Source: Eledone cirrhosa | Taxonomy: Eukaryota | Reading direction: 5' to 3' | Assembly (NCBI GenBank): GCA_964016885.1 | Contig: OZ024741.1 | Span: 197,408,001-197,472,000 of the forward strand | DNA length: 64,000 nucleotides | Shown: one piece after another, positions 26,713 to 37,912 of the stretch | Position numbering within the stretch: the first letter of the stretch is position 1 | Layout of the letters: every line of letters begins with the position of its first letter | Translations under genes and position numbers: made by a program | Notes under the pieces: model-generated | What the model saw: only the letters and a program-made list of their open reading frames with translations | Database searches by the model: none | Told to the model about the DNA's origin: nothing

Positions 26713-29700
26713 TCAGATATTCAGGACGTATCGGAGGGTTCTTGCCGTTCCAAGCAAGCATGCCTTTTGAAGCGTTCCAAAAAGCGTGAAGGGGCCGATT
26801 TTCTTTAACCATCCCTGGAAAACTTTGGAGATAGTCCCCAGTGCGCCTATGACAATCGGGATCACTTTGACTTCATGGCAGTTCCAAATCCTTTTCACCT
26901 CCCACTTTAGGTCCTGGTATCGGTTAATTTTCTCCCTCTCCTTCTCTTGCACTCTCGTGTCGAACGGGCAGGCCACATCCACAATCAGGCACGATCTTTT
27001 TTCTTTGTCCACAACCACCAGGTCAGGTCTATTGTGTTCCAGTTTTTTGTCCGTCTGTATCCTAAAATCCCACAGCACCTTCACCTGACTGTTCTCCATC
27101 ACCGCCTCTGGCCTATGCTCATACCATTTCTCAGAATGTGGTAGATTGTTTACTTTGCACAGGTGCCAGTGGATCACCCTGCCCATCACATCGTGTCTCC
27201 AGCCCTTATAGTGGGTCTGGGCTAGGTGTTTACACTCGGACACAATGTGAGCCACAGTCTCCTCTCTCTCTCCACAGATCCTGCACAGTGGGCTAGCCTC
27301 CTCCTTGTAGATATGGTGCTTCAACCACTTCGTTTTGAGGGCCTGCTCCTGCGCAGCCATTAGCATTCCTTCTGTAGCCTTTTTGAGGTCTCCTCTTCTC
27401 AACCAGTTCCATGTCTGTGGATCTCTAAATTCAGTTTTCTCAAAGAAGGTACTATGAAGGGATTTTCCCTTAAGGCTGCTCTTCCTCCTTGATGTTATTT
27501 CCTCCTTGGGTATCCCCTGGCCTACTGTCCCCTCCTTCAGTACAGCTCTGAGCATTGGCTCCTTACTATAGGTCACGTATTTGTATAGGTTGTTTTTCTC
27601 CATCTGAACACAGTCCTCTATGCTGATAAGACCTCTTCCACCCTCAGATCTCCTTAGGTAGAGTCTATCGACATCACTCCTCTTGTGGAACATGTTGTAG
27701 ATAGTCAATAGCTTCCTAGTCTTCCTATCCATTTCTTTTTGTTCAGCAACATTCCATCTCAGAATTCCCGCACTGTACCTAATAATAGACACAGCTCGGG
27801 AATTTACTGCGCTTATGGCATTTCTGCTGTTCAGATGTGACTTCAATACGCTCCTTACTCTCCGAATGTATTCAGTTCTTAACAATTCCTTCATTTTTTT
27901 GTTCTTTATGCCATCAGCCTCCAGAACGCCCAAATACTTGTATCCTTCCTCAGAGTCAATTTCCTTTATCATCTCACCTGTTGGTATCTGGATCCCGTTA
28001 CTTCTGCTCAACCTACCCCTCCTCATCACAATGACTCCACATTTACCAATACCAAACTGCATACATATATGACTGCTGAAAATACGGACAGTGTCAACAA
28101 GCACATCCAACTCCTTCTCACTTTTCCCGAAGAGCTTAAGATCGTCCATGAAGAGGAGGTGATTGATGGTAAGCTCTCCCCTTCCCAACTTGTATCCTGC
28201 TCTCACTTTTCGCAGCATAATGGTCAAGGGCATCAGGGCAAGGACAAACAACAGAGGGGACAGGCTATCTCCCTGGAAGATACCTCTCTTGATCTTCACG
28301 CTTCCCAAGGATACTCCAGTTGATGTCAACTCTGTCTCCCAGGACCCCATACTCCTGCCCAGCAACTGTCTGATGTTATCTGCCACCCTGAAGATCTCCA
28401 GGCTTTTGGTGATCCAGGAATGAGGCACCATGTCAAATGCCTTTCTGTAGTCTATCCATCCCATGGCAAGATCAGTGTGTCTCCTCCTGCAATTCCCCAT
28501 TACCATCTTATCAATAAGCAACTGGTCCTTTGTACCACGTGACTTCTTTCGGCATCCTTTCTGTTCGTCCGGCAACAAGTTGTTTGTGTGGAGGTGATGG
28601 TAGATTTCCTCAGACACAATGCTCGTCAACAGTTTCCACATTACGGGCAGACATGTGATAGGTCTATAGTTGGTAACATCATTACCCTTGATTCGGTCTT
28701 TCATTATCAGACCTGTGGTACCTTTTGTCAACCACTCTGGCACCTCACCCGACACCAAGCAGTCATTGAACATGGCCGTCAGCTTCGGGTGGAGGGATGT
28801 TAAATGTTTAATCCAATACCCCTGCACACCATCTGGGCCTGGTGATTTCCAGTTGGTTAGTTTTTTGGCTTGCCCATTAAGAGTTTCAACTGTGATACTC
28901 AAATCAGTCTGTTGCTGTGCCTGCTCACCGATCTCCCTCTGTACTGTCTCAATCCACCCTGCCTGGGCATTGTGTCTAACATCCTGCTCCCATATTCCTC
29001 TCCAGAATGTTTTAGCTTGTTCCGCCCCAGGGATCAAGTCGTTGCCTCTTTCTTTCCCCTCAAGCTGTCCAAACAGCATCTTCTGGTTGTTGTCGAACAT
29101 GCGGTTCTGTTTATACTGACTGACTCTGTTCTCGTATCGCCTGATTTTGGCACTCTTTGCTACAATGCGTTGCTTCAATTCCTCTATGATAATATTTAGC
29201 TTTTTACTCCTAGTTTTGTATTTTATTTCCAGTCTATTTTTAGTGCCTATGTTTTTTAGTGTCCCATTCAGTAGTGACTCAAGCTTTCCTATGTCATTTC
29301 TCATTTCCCCGATTTGCCCACTCAGTCGCTTCTTCCACCACGGCTCTGCTCTTTCTTGTCTGTTGTTCCCTCTCGCTTTTATACCAAGTAGTTTCCTCAC
29401 CGTATTTGCTGTTGCTTTGAGGATATTGTTGCACTGGTGAAGACTCCTCGCCTCAAGGTATGGGATGACTTTGTTTACCTTAGCTGTTGTTTCTTTTAAC
29501 TTTTTCCTGTCTACAAATCTTAGGTTCATAGGTCTCCCACTATCATTGTTCAACTCATCTACCACTAAATTTAGGATGTCAACCGAATCTTGTCCTAGCC
29601 CGTCAGCATTCATCTCCTCAGTGGCCGTATCTCTGTTCCAGGTATTATTTATCTCAGTATTCAGATCATTGTCTGCTTCGGGTGGTTCTTCCGTTCTCAG

Positions 29701-29763
29701 GACCTCCTCACCTTCATTTCCCGCCGGCTCGCTTGTCTGGCATACTACACCCGCCATCTCCAA
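26713..29763 (-). CDS. R4/Dong ORF: reverse transcriptase + CCHC knuckle + restriction-like (PD-D/ExK) endonuclease
   Basis: 1016 aa: NWKSPGPDG, YRPITCL, WIDYRKAFDMVPH, GIFQGDSLSPLLF, HLLFMDDLKL, CRICGEREETVAHIVSEC, RHD, RPDLVVVD...IVDVACP...EKINRY, IPIVIGALG. Continues in frame to 30105 across one TAA at 29791-29793. Confidence 0.93.
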   Translation of the reverse strand: MEMAGVVCQTSEPAGNEGEEVLRTEEPPEADNDLNTEINNTWNRDTATEEMNADGLGQDSVDILNLVVDELNNDSGRPMNLRFVDRKKLKETTAKVNKVIPYLEARSLHQCNNILKATANTVRKLLGIKARGNNRQERAEPWWKKRLSGQIGEMRNDIGKLESLLNGTLKNIGTKNRLEIKYKTRSKKLNIIIEELKQRIVAKSAKIRRYENRVSQYKQNRMFDNNQKMLFGQLEGKERGNDLIPGAEQAKTFWRGIWEQDVRHNAQAGWIETVQREIGEQAQQQTDLSITVETLNGQAKKLTNWKSPGPDGVQGYWIKHLTSLHPKLTAMFNDCLVSGEVPEWLTKGTTGLIMKDRIKGNDVTNYRPITCLPVMWKLLTSIVSEEIYHHLHTNNLLPDEQKGCRKKSRGTKDQLLIDKMVMGNCRRRHTDLAMGWIDYRKAFDMVPHSWITKSLEIFRVADNIRQLLGRSMGSWETELTSTGVSLGSVKIKRGIFQGDSLSPLLFVLALMPLTIMLRKVRAGYKLGRGELTINHLLFMDDLKLFGKSEKELDVLVDTVRIFSSHICMQFGIGKCGVIVMRRGRLSRSNGIQIPTGEMIKEIDSEEGYKYLGVLEADGIKNKKMKELLRTEYIRRVRSVLKSHLNSRNAISAVNSRAVSIIRYSAGILRWNVAEQKEMDRKTRKLLTIYNMFHKRSDVDRLYLRRSEGGRGLISIEDCVQMEKNNLYKYVTYSKEPMLRAVLKEGTVGQGIPKEEITSRRKSSLKGKSLHSTFFEKTEFRDPQTWNWLRRGDLKKATEGMLMAAQEQALKTKWLKHHIYKEEASPLCRICGEREETVAHIVSECKHLAQTHYKGWRHDVMGRVIHWHLCKVNNLPHSEKWYEHRPEAVMENSQVKVLWDFRIQTDKKLEHNRPDLVVVDKEKRSCLIVDVACPFDTRVQEKEREKINRYQDLKWEVKRIWNCHEVKVIPIVIGALGTISKVFQGWLKKIGPFTLFGTLQKACLLGTARTLRYVLNI

Positions 29764-29790
29764 GCCATTCTCTCTGCTCAGTTCCTCCAG

Positions 29791-30105
29791 TTACAGCTCG
29801 CTTATCCACCCATTAGTTCTTATTACCCGAGCCTGCCCGGCCAATTTTTGTTCATCTAATTTAAATAAACCAATCTCGTTCCAGATGTTATGCATCCGTC
29901 TCCTGTAGCCCCTCTCCTTGGGGTTACTTTTCAGGTAGCATTGCATAACAGTTCTATTCAATTCTTTCGTCCAGTTGGTTCTGGCCCCTTTCCTTCTTCT
30001 TCTTCCTCCAACATCAGCAGTATTTGGTTGACAGTCAGGTTCCTGCTGCTGAGCCAGGGGGCACCTGTTGGGTGAGAGTCTGTCACATGACGTTCTAGTC
30101 TCCAT
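29791..30105 (-). pseudogene. N-terminal part of the same Dong ORF, cut off by one in-frame stop
   Basis: WTKELNRTVMQCY...GYRRRMHNIW...EQKLAGQARVIRTNGWISEL*LEEL, same frame as 29763. Confidence 0.8.
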
Positions 30106-30674
30106 TTCACCGTTATTCGAACTGTTTATGTTCGATATTTAAACACTCTTATCGAGGATTGGCGAATGTATGTTTACATAGCCATCTGTGGATCCGCCAT
30201 CCCACTTGGCCCTTGTGTGGCATTATCACCACGCTGTATACGGACACACATAAACAAACAAACACACGGGCAGAAAGGGCCCCAAAAATGAATAAGCATA
30301 AGTTTCATTGTAATGTAGTATTCGAATGTCTGACTTAGTTTTTGTTTTTTAAGTTTTACTTTTTCCCCCCTCTTCTCTGTCCGTCCGCCTGCTTCTCTCT
30401 TCATTCTTATTTTCTTTACGTTTTTGGGGTTTCTTTTTTTGTTTTTGTTTTTCTCTGTTTTTCTCGTTTTTTACTGTTGTTGCTGTGCTGCTTTTGTTGT
30501 TTGTTTTTTCTTTTTTCTTTTGAGTCTATCTATATATTTTGATGCCTTCCTCTTTGTTAGTAGTAGGAATTCTATAATGTGGAAGTGGTAGCCAGCAGAG
30601 ACTGGCGGCGCTGGCGATACTGAGACAGTGGTGGTGGTGATGTCGATACCGAGGCAGTGGTGGCGGTGATGCGA

Positions 30675-31331
30675 CCGTATTACTGTAGTGATGGTGCTGT
30701 AGCGGTGGCAGCAGCAGTGAAGGAGTCAGGGGGTGGTGGCGGCGGTGATGGGATAGTGGTGGTAATGATGGCCGTAGTGAGCGGTGGCGGTGAAGGTGAA
30801 AATGCTGTTGTGTTTAGTGTACACAGATGATGGGGTGGATGGTGTATCTAGTTTCTGGTGTTGGTGAGTTTCGCTGTCCTATATAGTGTAGCCAGAGGAG
30901 AGGAGGGGGGGGGGGGTTCTTCTTCTTCCATTTATAGCCATTTTTTTTTTTTTTTTTTTTTTTTGGATATACAGTGTACAATACAAAGTTGAATATTTGA
31001 ATATTTGAGCCGTATTACTGTAGTGATGGTGCTGTAGCGGTGGCAGCAGCAGTGAAGGAGTCAAGGGGTGGTGGCGGCGGTGATGGGATAGTGGTGGTAA
31101 TGATGGCCGTAGTGAGCGGTGGCGGTGAAGGTGAAAATGCTGTTGTGTTTAGTGTACACAGATGATGGGGTGGGTGGTGTATCTAGTTTCTGGTGTTGGT
31201 GAGTTTAGCTGTCCTATATAGTGTAGCCAGAGGAGAGGAGGGGGGGGGGGGGTTCTTCTTCTTCCATTTATAGCCATTTTTTTTGGATATACAGTGTACA
31301 ATACAAAGTTGAATATTTGAATATTTGAGCC
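30675..31331. repeat. direct tandem duplication, unit about 330 bp
   Basis: ccgtattactgtagtgatgg...gaatatttgagc occurs twice (30675-31010 and 31010-31331); copies differ mainly in homopolymer lengths. Confidence 0.92.
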
Positions 31332-31497
31332 TTATAACAATATATTTTGGGTCCGAATTTTTTTGGGGCTCAAGCCGGGTGCTTTACGTAGCATTTGTAC
31401 TAAGAGTTGTTATTTCACAAATGATTTAAATATGTTAAAAATTCAAAACTTACGGGAGCGATTTCATGACCTCCGTCACCTCGTGCGTCTTCTTCCC

Positions 31498-31539
<42 letters not shown>

Positions 31540-31541
<2 letters not shown>

Positions 31542-34500
31542 GGCGACCTTCGTAGGAAATCGTATCATCGTGAGCTCCGCAAAGGTTTGTTGTTTTCGTT
31601 TGTTTAAAATTGCCATTTATGGAAATTTTTTGTTGTTAACTGTTTATAAGGTCACAAAATTTGCTTTCGGAAAAGGACACTTAAAAAGATTGGGGCTTTG
31701 AGCCCAAAATTTAAACTTTTATAATTATCAAACAAAACATTTCTTTGAAAAAATCATGGACGACTCACAGCTACACCAAGTAGCTGAGAGCCTTTCTCAC
31801 AAACTAACACCTCACACCAACACCACCATTGTAAATATTACTACGTTTGCCAACACTAAAAATATAAGCAGTAGCAATAATTTAAATTTGTCTCATGCAG
31901 ACATTCATTTCCCGCCATTACCAATGAGTGCAGGTGTTGAAGCCGCCACCCCCACCACCACCACAGCGACAACAGAAGCAAAAGAAAAAAATAAATTATC
32001 TCGTGACATCGAAATGGATTCAACCAGAATGGACTCTTCCACACCGAACACCACTGACGCCACCACCACCACAACTGAAACTAAAAATAACAATAACAAA
32101 AGTAACAATAACAACAACAGCAACAACAACAATGAGAATAACAACATCGTGTCTTTTGCCAAAGCAGCTAAAACATGCGAAACAATCCAGGCAACTCAGG
32201 AGGAATTAGATGAAGCCAAGAAAATGGTAAAGAAAGATGGGTACAGGGTCAGCCTCACCACCACCAAATAAAATGGAGCATCGGCGCCTATGCACCGTAT
32301 CTTATCGGACGATTATCATAAAACCGCGCCGAGTGGAACGGGCATCCGAGTCCCAAAACCAAAAAGCTTTGGGACATGTGTGGTCAAAAAAACCCCACAT
32401 CAGGCGTGGGCAGAAATATGGAACCGTGGACGTGTTCTTTGGAACACTACAGGAGGCCAGAGAACGCACCATGGCCCCATTAAGAAGTGACGACTTCACA
32501 CTCGTCCCAAGCTATTGTGGCCAGAGACTTGTGAAGATCAGGGTGACCCACGTTCCACCGGCCATCGAGAGTAATGGCTGCCGTCCTCGTCGGCATCGAG
32601 GCAAACACCAAGATAATCGAAATAGCTAAAGAAAAGCAGGAGAACTGGTCCGGATCTGGGATGGAGCTCCTGATCCAAGCGGACCAAAAAAGTATTGAGG
32701 AGATCCCAGAGGTAATAGACCTCACTGACGGCAGCCACCTCACCGTAATCGTCGAGGGCAGAAGGCCTAGGTGTGTCGTTTGTGGTGAAGGAACCCACCT
32801 AAGGGCTTTCTGCCCTCAGGATTAAAGGTTAAGGCCACCTCTCTTACCCACCTCAGTGACTCAACCATCAACACCACCAGCAGTAGAAATGGCAGCAACA
32901 ACAGAAGCAACTGTAACAGCAACAACCCCAGCAACAGTAGCAAAACCAACACAACCACCATCCAACGCGCCAGAACTAGCACCAGCGCCTACACCATCCA
33001 CCACGCCACAACCAAAACCAACGCCTGTGGAGGATTTTCTACTCCCCGACATATCGCAACTGGAGACAGATTATGACGACGAGGAGTGGGAAACGGTATC
33101 AGAAAAAAAGAAAAAAAGTAAAAGAAGCCAAAAAAGAAAAAAATTCTCTTCCTTCCCCCTCCAAAAACAAAATACAGAGGGAAACAAATAAACTATCAAA
33201 CAAAAAAGTTAGGACAGCTATGTCACTATCCACACCAGCATCACCAACCCTATCACCACAAACACCAACACCATCATTAACCCCAACACCACCATCACCA
33301 ACACTACAAAAGTCACCAAAAAGCGAAACAGAAACAAACCCACAACAAACGCAAACAAAACAACCAAAACGATACACACTACACAGCATTAAATTTGAAC
33401 AACAACCAATTATTACATTACATCCAACACAACACCAGCATCACAGAAAAAGACTACACAACACCCCAAAAGTTCACACTACCTCCACACATACAAATCA
33501 CTCGCATCCCACAGAAAACGTACACGACACGAAAACAAAAATTCCCCAAAGACATCGGAGACTTCCGACAAGCATTCTCCAGGAGGATTTATAAGGACAT
33601 CCTGCCGGAGGAAGCCAGAAGCAGTGAAAAGGATGGAGAAACCATCCTTTCTCTACGAGAAGTAAGGTAAGTTTTCTTTCCTATCTTTTCCACTCCATTT
33701 CAACATAACCTCACTCAGAATAGGCAGCATAAATGCGCGTGGTTTGGGGTCGTCATGGATGCAGGGCAACCTGCTCAACGACCTCAGGTCACTAAACATA
33801 GATGTAATGGCCATCAGCGAGACCAGAATCTCCGAAGCACGGGCCTTGGCACCGATCTTCGGCGGCTACGATGTGTACGCATCTCCCAGCCGTCCTGGAT
33901 CGGTGGGGAGGAGTTGCTGTGCTTTTTCGGAGAGGTTTGGATCTCGCCATACGGGCCATCTTCCTGGATCTAGAAGGTAAGTTGATGGTGCTGGATGTGA
34001 GCAGCGGAGACGGGCTAGCTTTCAGGCTAGTGGCCGTCTATGCCCCGACAGGAGCAGGGCGACCTGATTTCTTCCGGCGTCTGAAGAACTTTCTAGGAAC
34101 GTCCCGCTCTTTAGTGCTAGTGGGCGACTGGAACGGGATCTTAGATGCACGCTGGGACTGTGTGGGATTAGCGGATAGGGGAGGAGGGTGCAAGAACCTC
34201 ACCAACCTGCTCAGGCGTTTTGAACTGTCTGACTGATACCGATTGGATTTACCGAATGTGCCAATGTGGACTTGGACAAACCGCATAGGGTCATCCAGAT
34301 CATATCTAGATAGAGTATTTTGTAGGGAAATAGATAGGTCTAGCATAGGCTGTCCACAATTCAAGATAGTCAGCTACACGGACCACAAATTCGTGATCTG
34401 TGTGCTTGACTTAGATAGGCTTCATAGACGAGGACCCGGCGACTGGAAGCTAAATGCGTCCTTACCAGCGCGCAAGGCCTACAGAGACCGGATTAGCGAA

Positions 34501-37361
34501 CTAGTTAAGCGGGCGTTGACGGGGGCCATCGTCAACAACAGGTGGTTGTTTGCTCTGAAAAGAGCGATTAGAATAGAGTCCATTAGGTTTAGTAAGGCTT
34601 TAGCTATAGAGAAAAATAGAGCAGAGGGAGAATTAGTTAGAAAATTAGACGAGGCGCTTAGCAAAGGCATCGGGACCGACGTACTTGCGGCGAAATTGGC
34701 CCTTGACCAATTCTTCAAAGCAAAGCACGAAGGCTGCGTTGTCAGAGCTAGGGTGCCTGCTCTCATACACGAGGGGACGAAAGCCGTTCAATGGGCCCGA
34801 GTGGCGGAGGCGCGTCGTGGCATCAAAGCCACGATCCGGTCTTTGGTGGACCACGACAGGCGCATGCTACTCGATCCCGGGCAAATGTGTGAAGCTTTTC
34901 AACGACACTTCACTCAGCTGTTCGGGGGCAGCGGCGGGCCGGATCGTGTGATGGACTTTAGTGTCTACCTCAACGGACTGCCGAGGCTCTCGGCCACTGA
35001 GGAAGAGTTTTGCGAATAGCCGATAACAGCCCCTAAAGTACGAAAGGCAATGACTGGCTGCACAAGGGGTAAATCGCCTGGTTTGGATGGTCTGCCATAT
35101 GAACTTTACGTACAGATGCCAGACTTGTTCGGAGGCCTCTTGGCGGACGTCTACTGCAACTGGCAACAGAACGGGAGAATTCCCAGCTCTGTGAGCCGAG
35201 GAGCTGTGGCGCTGCTGCGAAAGGATCCAAACAAGGGGGATAACATAGATAATTTCAGGCCCATAACTGCTAAACACAGAATTCAAGATTTTGGCCAAGG
35301 TGCTAGCAAAGAGGTTGGCGCTTGTCGTTGGTGGTCTGGTGGGAGAGGCGCAGACATGCGCCATTCCCGACAGATCCATCCACGACAACCTCCACCTCAT
35401 GCGATACATCGTGGAGAGGGTAGCTAGGGAACCTGGCATGGGTGGGTCCTTGATCAATTTAGATCAGTCGAAAGCTTTCGATAGCGTCGACCATCGTTTC
35501 CTTGCCGCAGTCCTGAGGGCGGCTGGCTTTGGGCCCGTCTTCAGAGGCTGGATCGCTGCCATGCACAGCGACATCTGCTCTGTGGTGAGAGTGAACGGTC
35601 ACCTTTCAGAACCGTTCAACATCATGCGCTCGGTCCGCCAAGAATGTCCCCTCTCGTCCCTCTTCTACGTATTGACACTCGAGCCATTACTGCACAAACT
35701 GGAGACGTTGAGGGGTGTTCCGCGCGAACTAGGATGCGGAAGATCCGTGTCAGCATATGCGGACGATGTCACCGTAGTGGTGTCGAACGCCAAACACATC
35801 GAGGCGATCGGCACTACACTAAGAGAATACGAAGCGGTGACAGGAGCAATGATCAACCAGGAAAAGTCAGTGGGCCTGCAGCTCCACATCTGGAGAGGCA
35901 GGTCCATGCCGTCCAACAGCGTCGTCGGGCGCTGGACGGACGTAACGGTTAAATTGCTAGGGATCTGGTTCGGTCCGGACCTGCAGACGGACAAAAACTG
36001 GGACGTGGTGACGAGCAGGGTGGCTTCTCTCACCCAGAAATGGGCGGAGAGGAAGCTATCCCTGAAAGGTCGAGCGGAGGTGGCTAACGCGTATATCGCG
36101 TCCGTCATCTACTACCACCTGACCGTCGTACCTTGTCCTAAGCCCCGCCTGACTGCGCTGGAGCGTTTGCTCTTTCACTTTTTGTGGAAGGGACGCGCTC
36201 CGATGGTCAGGCGGTCCATCTGCTGTCAACACCCGCTACGTGGAGGGCTGGGCATGCCCTAGATGATGATGCGCAGACACGCGCTCAGGCTACGACATCT
36301 CCACCACTTCCTCGACGGTGATCAGGTGTGGTCGCCGTTTGCTAGACGCGTCTTTCCCCAGTTCGTCTCCTGCAGTCCTGGGTCAAGCGAAGACCGAGAG
36401 GGAGCGCTTGGAGACTGGAATGTCTTCAGGCGGTCACAGCCCTCGACCAATCGGGCAATGTGATCGGTGGAAACTCCACCTTGGCGTTCTATAGGGGATT
36501 AGTGTAGGGGAATAGCGACGACGTACTTGGGGAAACTCTAGGCGTCGACGAAAATCAACTAGCCAATCTCTTCGGAAGAACTTTCGGGCCGGGGCCTATG
36601 GACAACCTCCAGAAATCCTTGGCCTGGCAGTGCTACCGAGGAGCTTTGCCAGTTCGGAATAAACTCTACAGGCATGGAGGTGCCGTCAGCCGTGCACGTC
36701 CGAGATGCGCGCAGGGCGACGAAACCGTCCTGCACGCATTCGTCCATTGTCCGAGCATTGCTGACTTGTAGGTTTATGTCGAACACCTGCTGTCGAGTGT
36801 AGGTCGGATCCAGCTCTCAGCTGAGTCCATCGTAAGGATTGCTCAGCCCTCTTCCTTAAGCCGGGAAGGGCAGGCAGTTTTTATCCGTCTGGTGGCCATG
36901 GCGAAAGAGATAGTGTGGTGGACACGTTTGAAAGGGCTGAAGACGAGCACTTAGCTCTTCGGTGATGCCCTGATTAACTTTTTCAAATTTCATTTGAAAA
37001 GGAAAATCAGGGTAGAGAGGGAAGTGCTCTCTTCCCAGCATTTTGTTGAAAGCTGGGTGAGAGAAGCAAGAATGGCCCGAGTGAATGGGCCTACTCTGAG
37101 TATGTGTCTTTAAATTAAAGGTGGAAAACTGGGAGAGGGCACTTGCCCTGGTGGTCAGAGTCACTGTGGCTTTTTAATGGGGCTTTCTCCAGGATCGCCC
37201 TCGGAAGTCTCCCCCTATTGGGGAATTTTTCATTGTTCTATTATTACATCCTATGTTTTTTTTTAGTTTTTTACACGCAGAAATGCCCATTTGTACCGTC
37301 CTGTATTGTCCTGTACTGTCCGTAATGTCTACTTTGTGTAAACCCTTGTGGTTAATAAAGA

Positions 37362-37364
<3 letters not shown>
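31540..37364 (+). mobile_element. full-length decayed L1/Tx1-type LINE, family A copy 2
   Basis: ORF1 31756.. (CVVCGEGTHLRAFC); APE (VYAPT, LVGDWN, YLDRVF, YTDHK); RT (KAFDSVDH, RQECPLS, AYADDVT); 3' knuckle region. (TTA)n at both ends. Inverted homologue of 3476-8660. Confidence 0.93.
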
Positions 37365-37391
<27 letters not shown>

Positions 37392-37392
<1 letters not shown>

Positions 37393-37628
37393 GTTCTTTG
37401 AGTCTCAGTCATTGATGTTAGTTAACTGGAAAGTTTGTTGAAATGAATATCAAGCCACTACCTGCAACCTCAGATATTCAGGACGTATCGGAGGGTTCTT
37501 GCTGTTCCCAGCAAGCATGCCTTTTGAAGCGTTCCAAAAAGCGTGGCGGGGCCAATTTTCTTTAACCATCCCTGGAAACTTTTTGAGATAGTACCTAGTG
37601 CACCTATGACAATCGGGACCACTTTGAC

Positions 37629-37629
<1 letters not shown>
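37392..37629 (-). mobile_element. 5'-truncated Dong 3' fragment in (TTA)n
   Basis: Matches 26638-26870 (KVVPIVIGALG...LQKACLLGTARTLRYVLNI). Confidence 0.9.
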
Positions 37630-37692
<63 letters not shown>

Positions 37693-37693
<1 letters not shown>

Positions 37694-37912
37694 GGGGCAG
37701 TGGATTAACAGAATCGGTAGAGCGTCGAGCAACATATTTAGCGACAGAGAGTTATGGCCCTTTACGTTCTGAGTTCAAATCGTGCCGAGGTTAGCTTTGC
37801 CTTTCACCCTTACGGGGTCGATAAAATAATGTACTAGTAATGCACTGGGGATCGATTTAAGCGACTTTCCTCTCCCCCATATTGCTGGTATTGTGCCGAA
37901 ACTAGAAACAAT
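37693..37912 (+). mobile_element. SINE
   Basis: ggggcagtggatt...ctgagttcaaatcgtgccgagg...gtcgataaaataatgtac. Confidence 0.85.

Larger units (their letters stand above)
26638..30290 (-). mobile_element. near-intact R4/Dong-clade non-LTR retrotransposon
   Basis: Single long ORF; 3' end runs into (TAA)n; 5' boundary uncertain and may extend to 31497. Confidence 0.92.

Noticed and set aside
30140-30290. Possible HDV-like ribozyme at the Dong 5' end (minus strand ggccctt/aagggcc helix and hairpins)
   Set aside because: Helices are present but I could not find the nested P2/P3/P1.1 pseudoknot or the catalytic J4/2; remains only a structured leader
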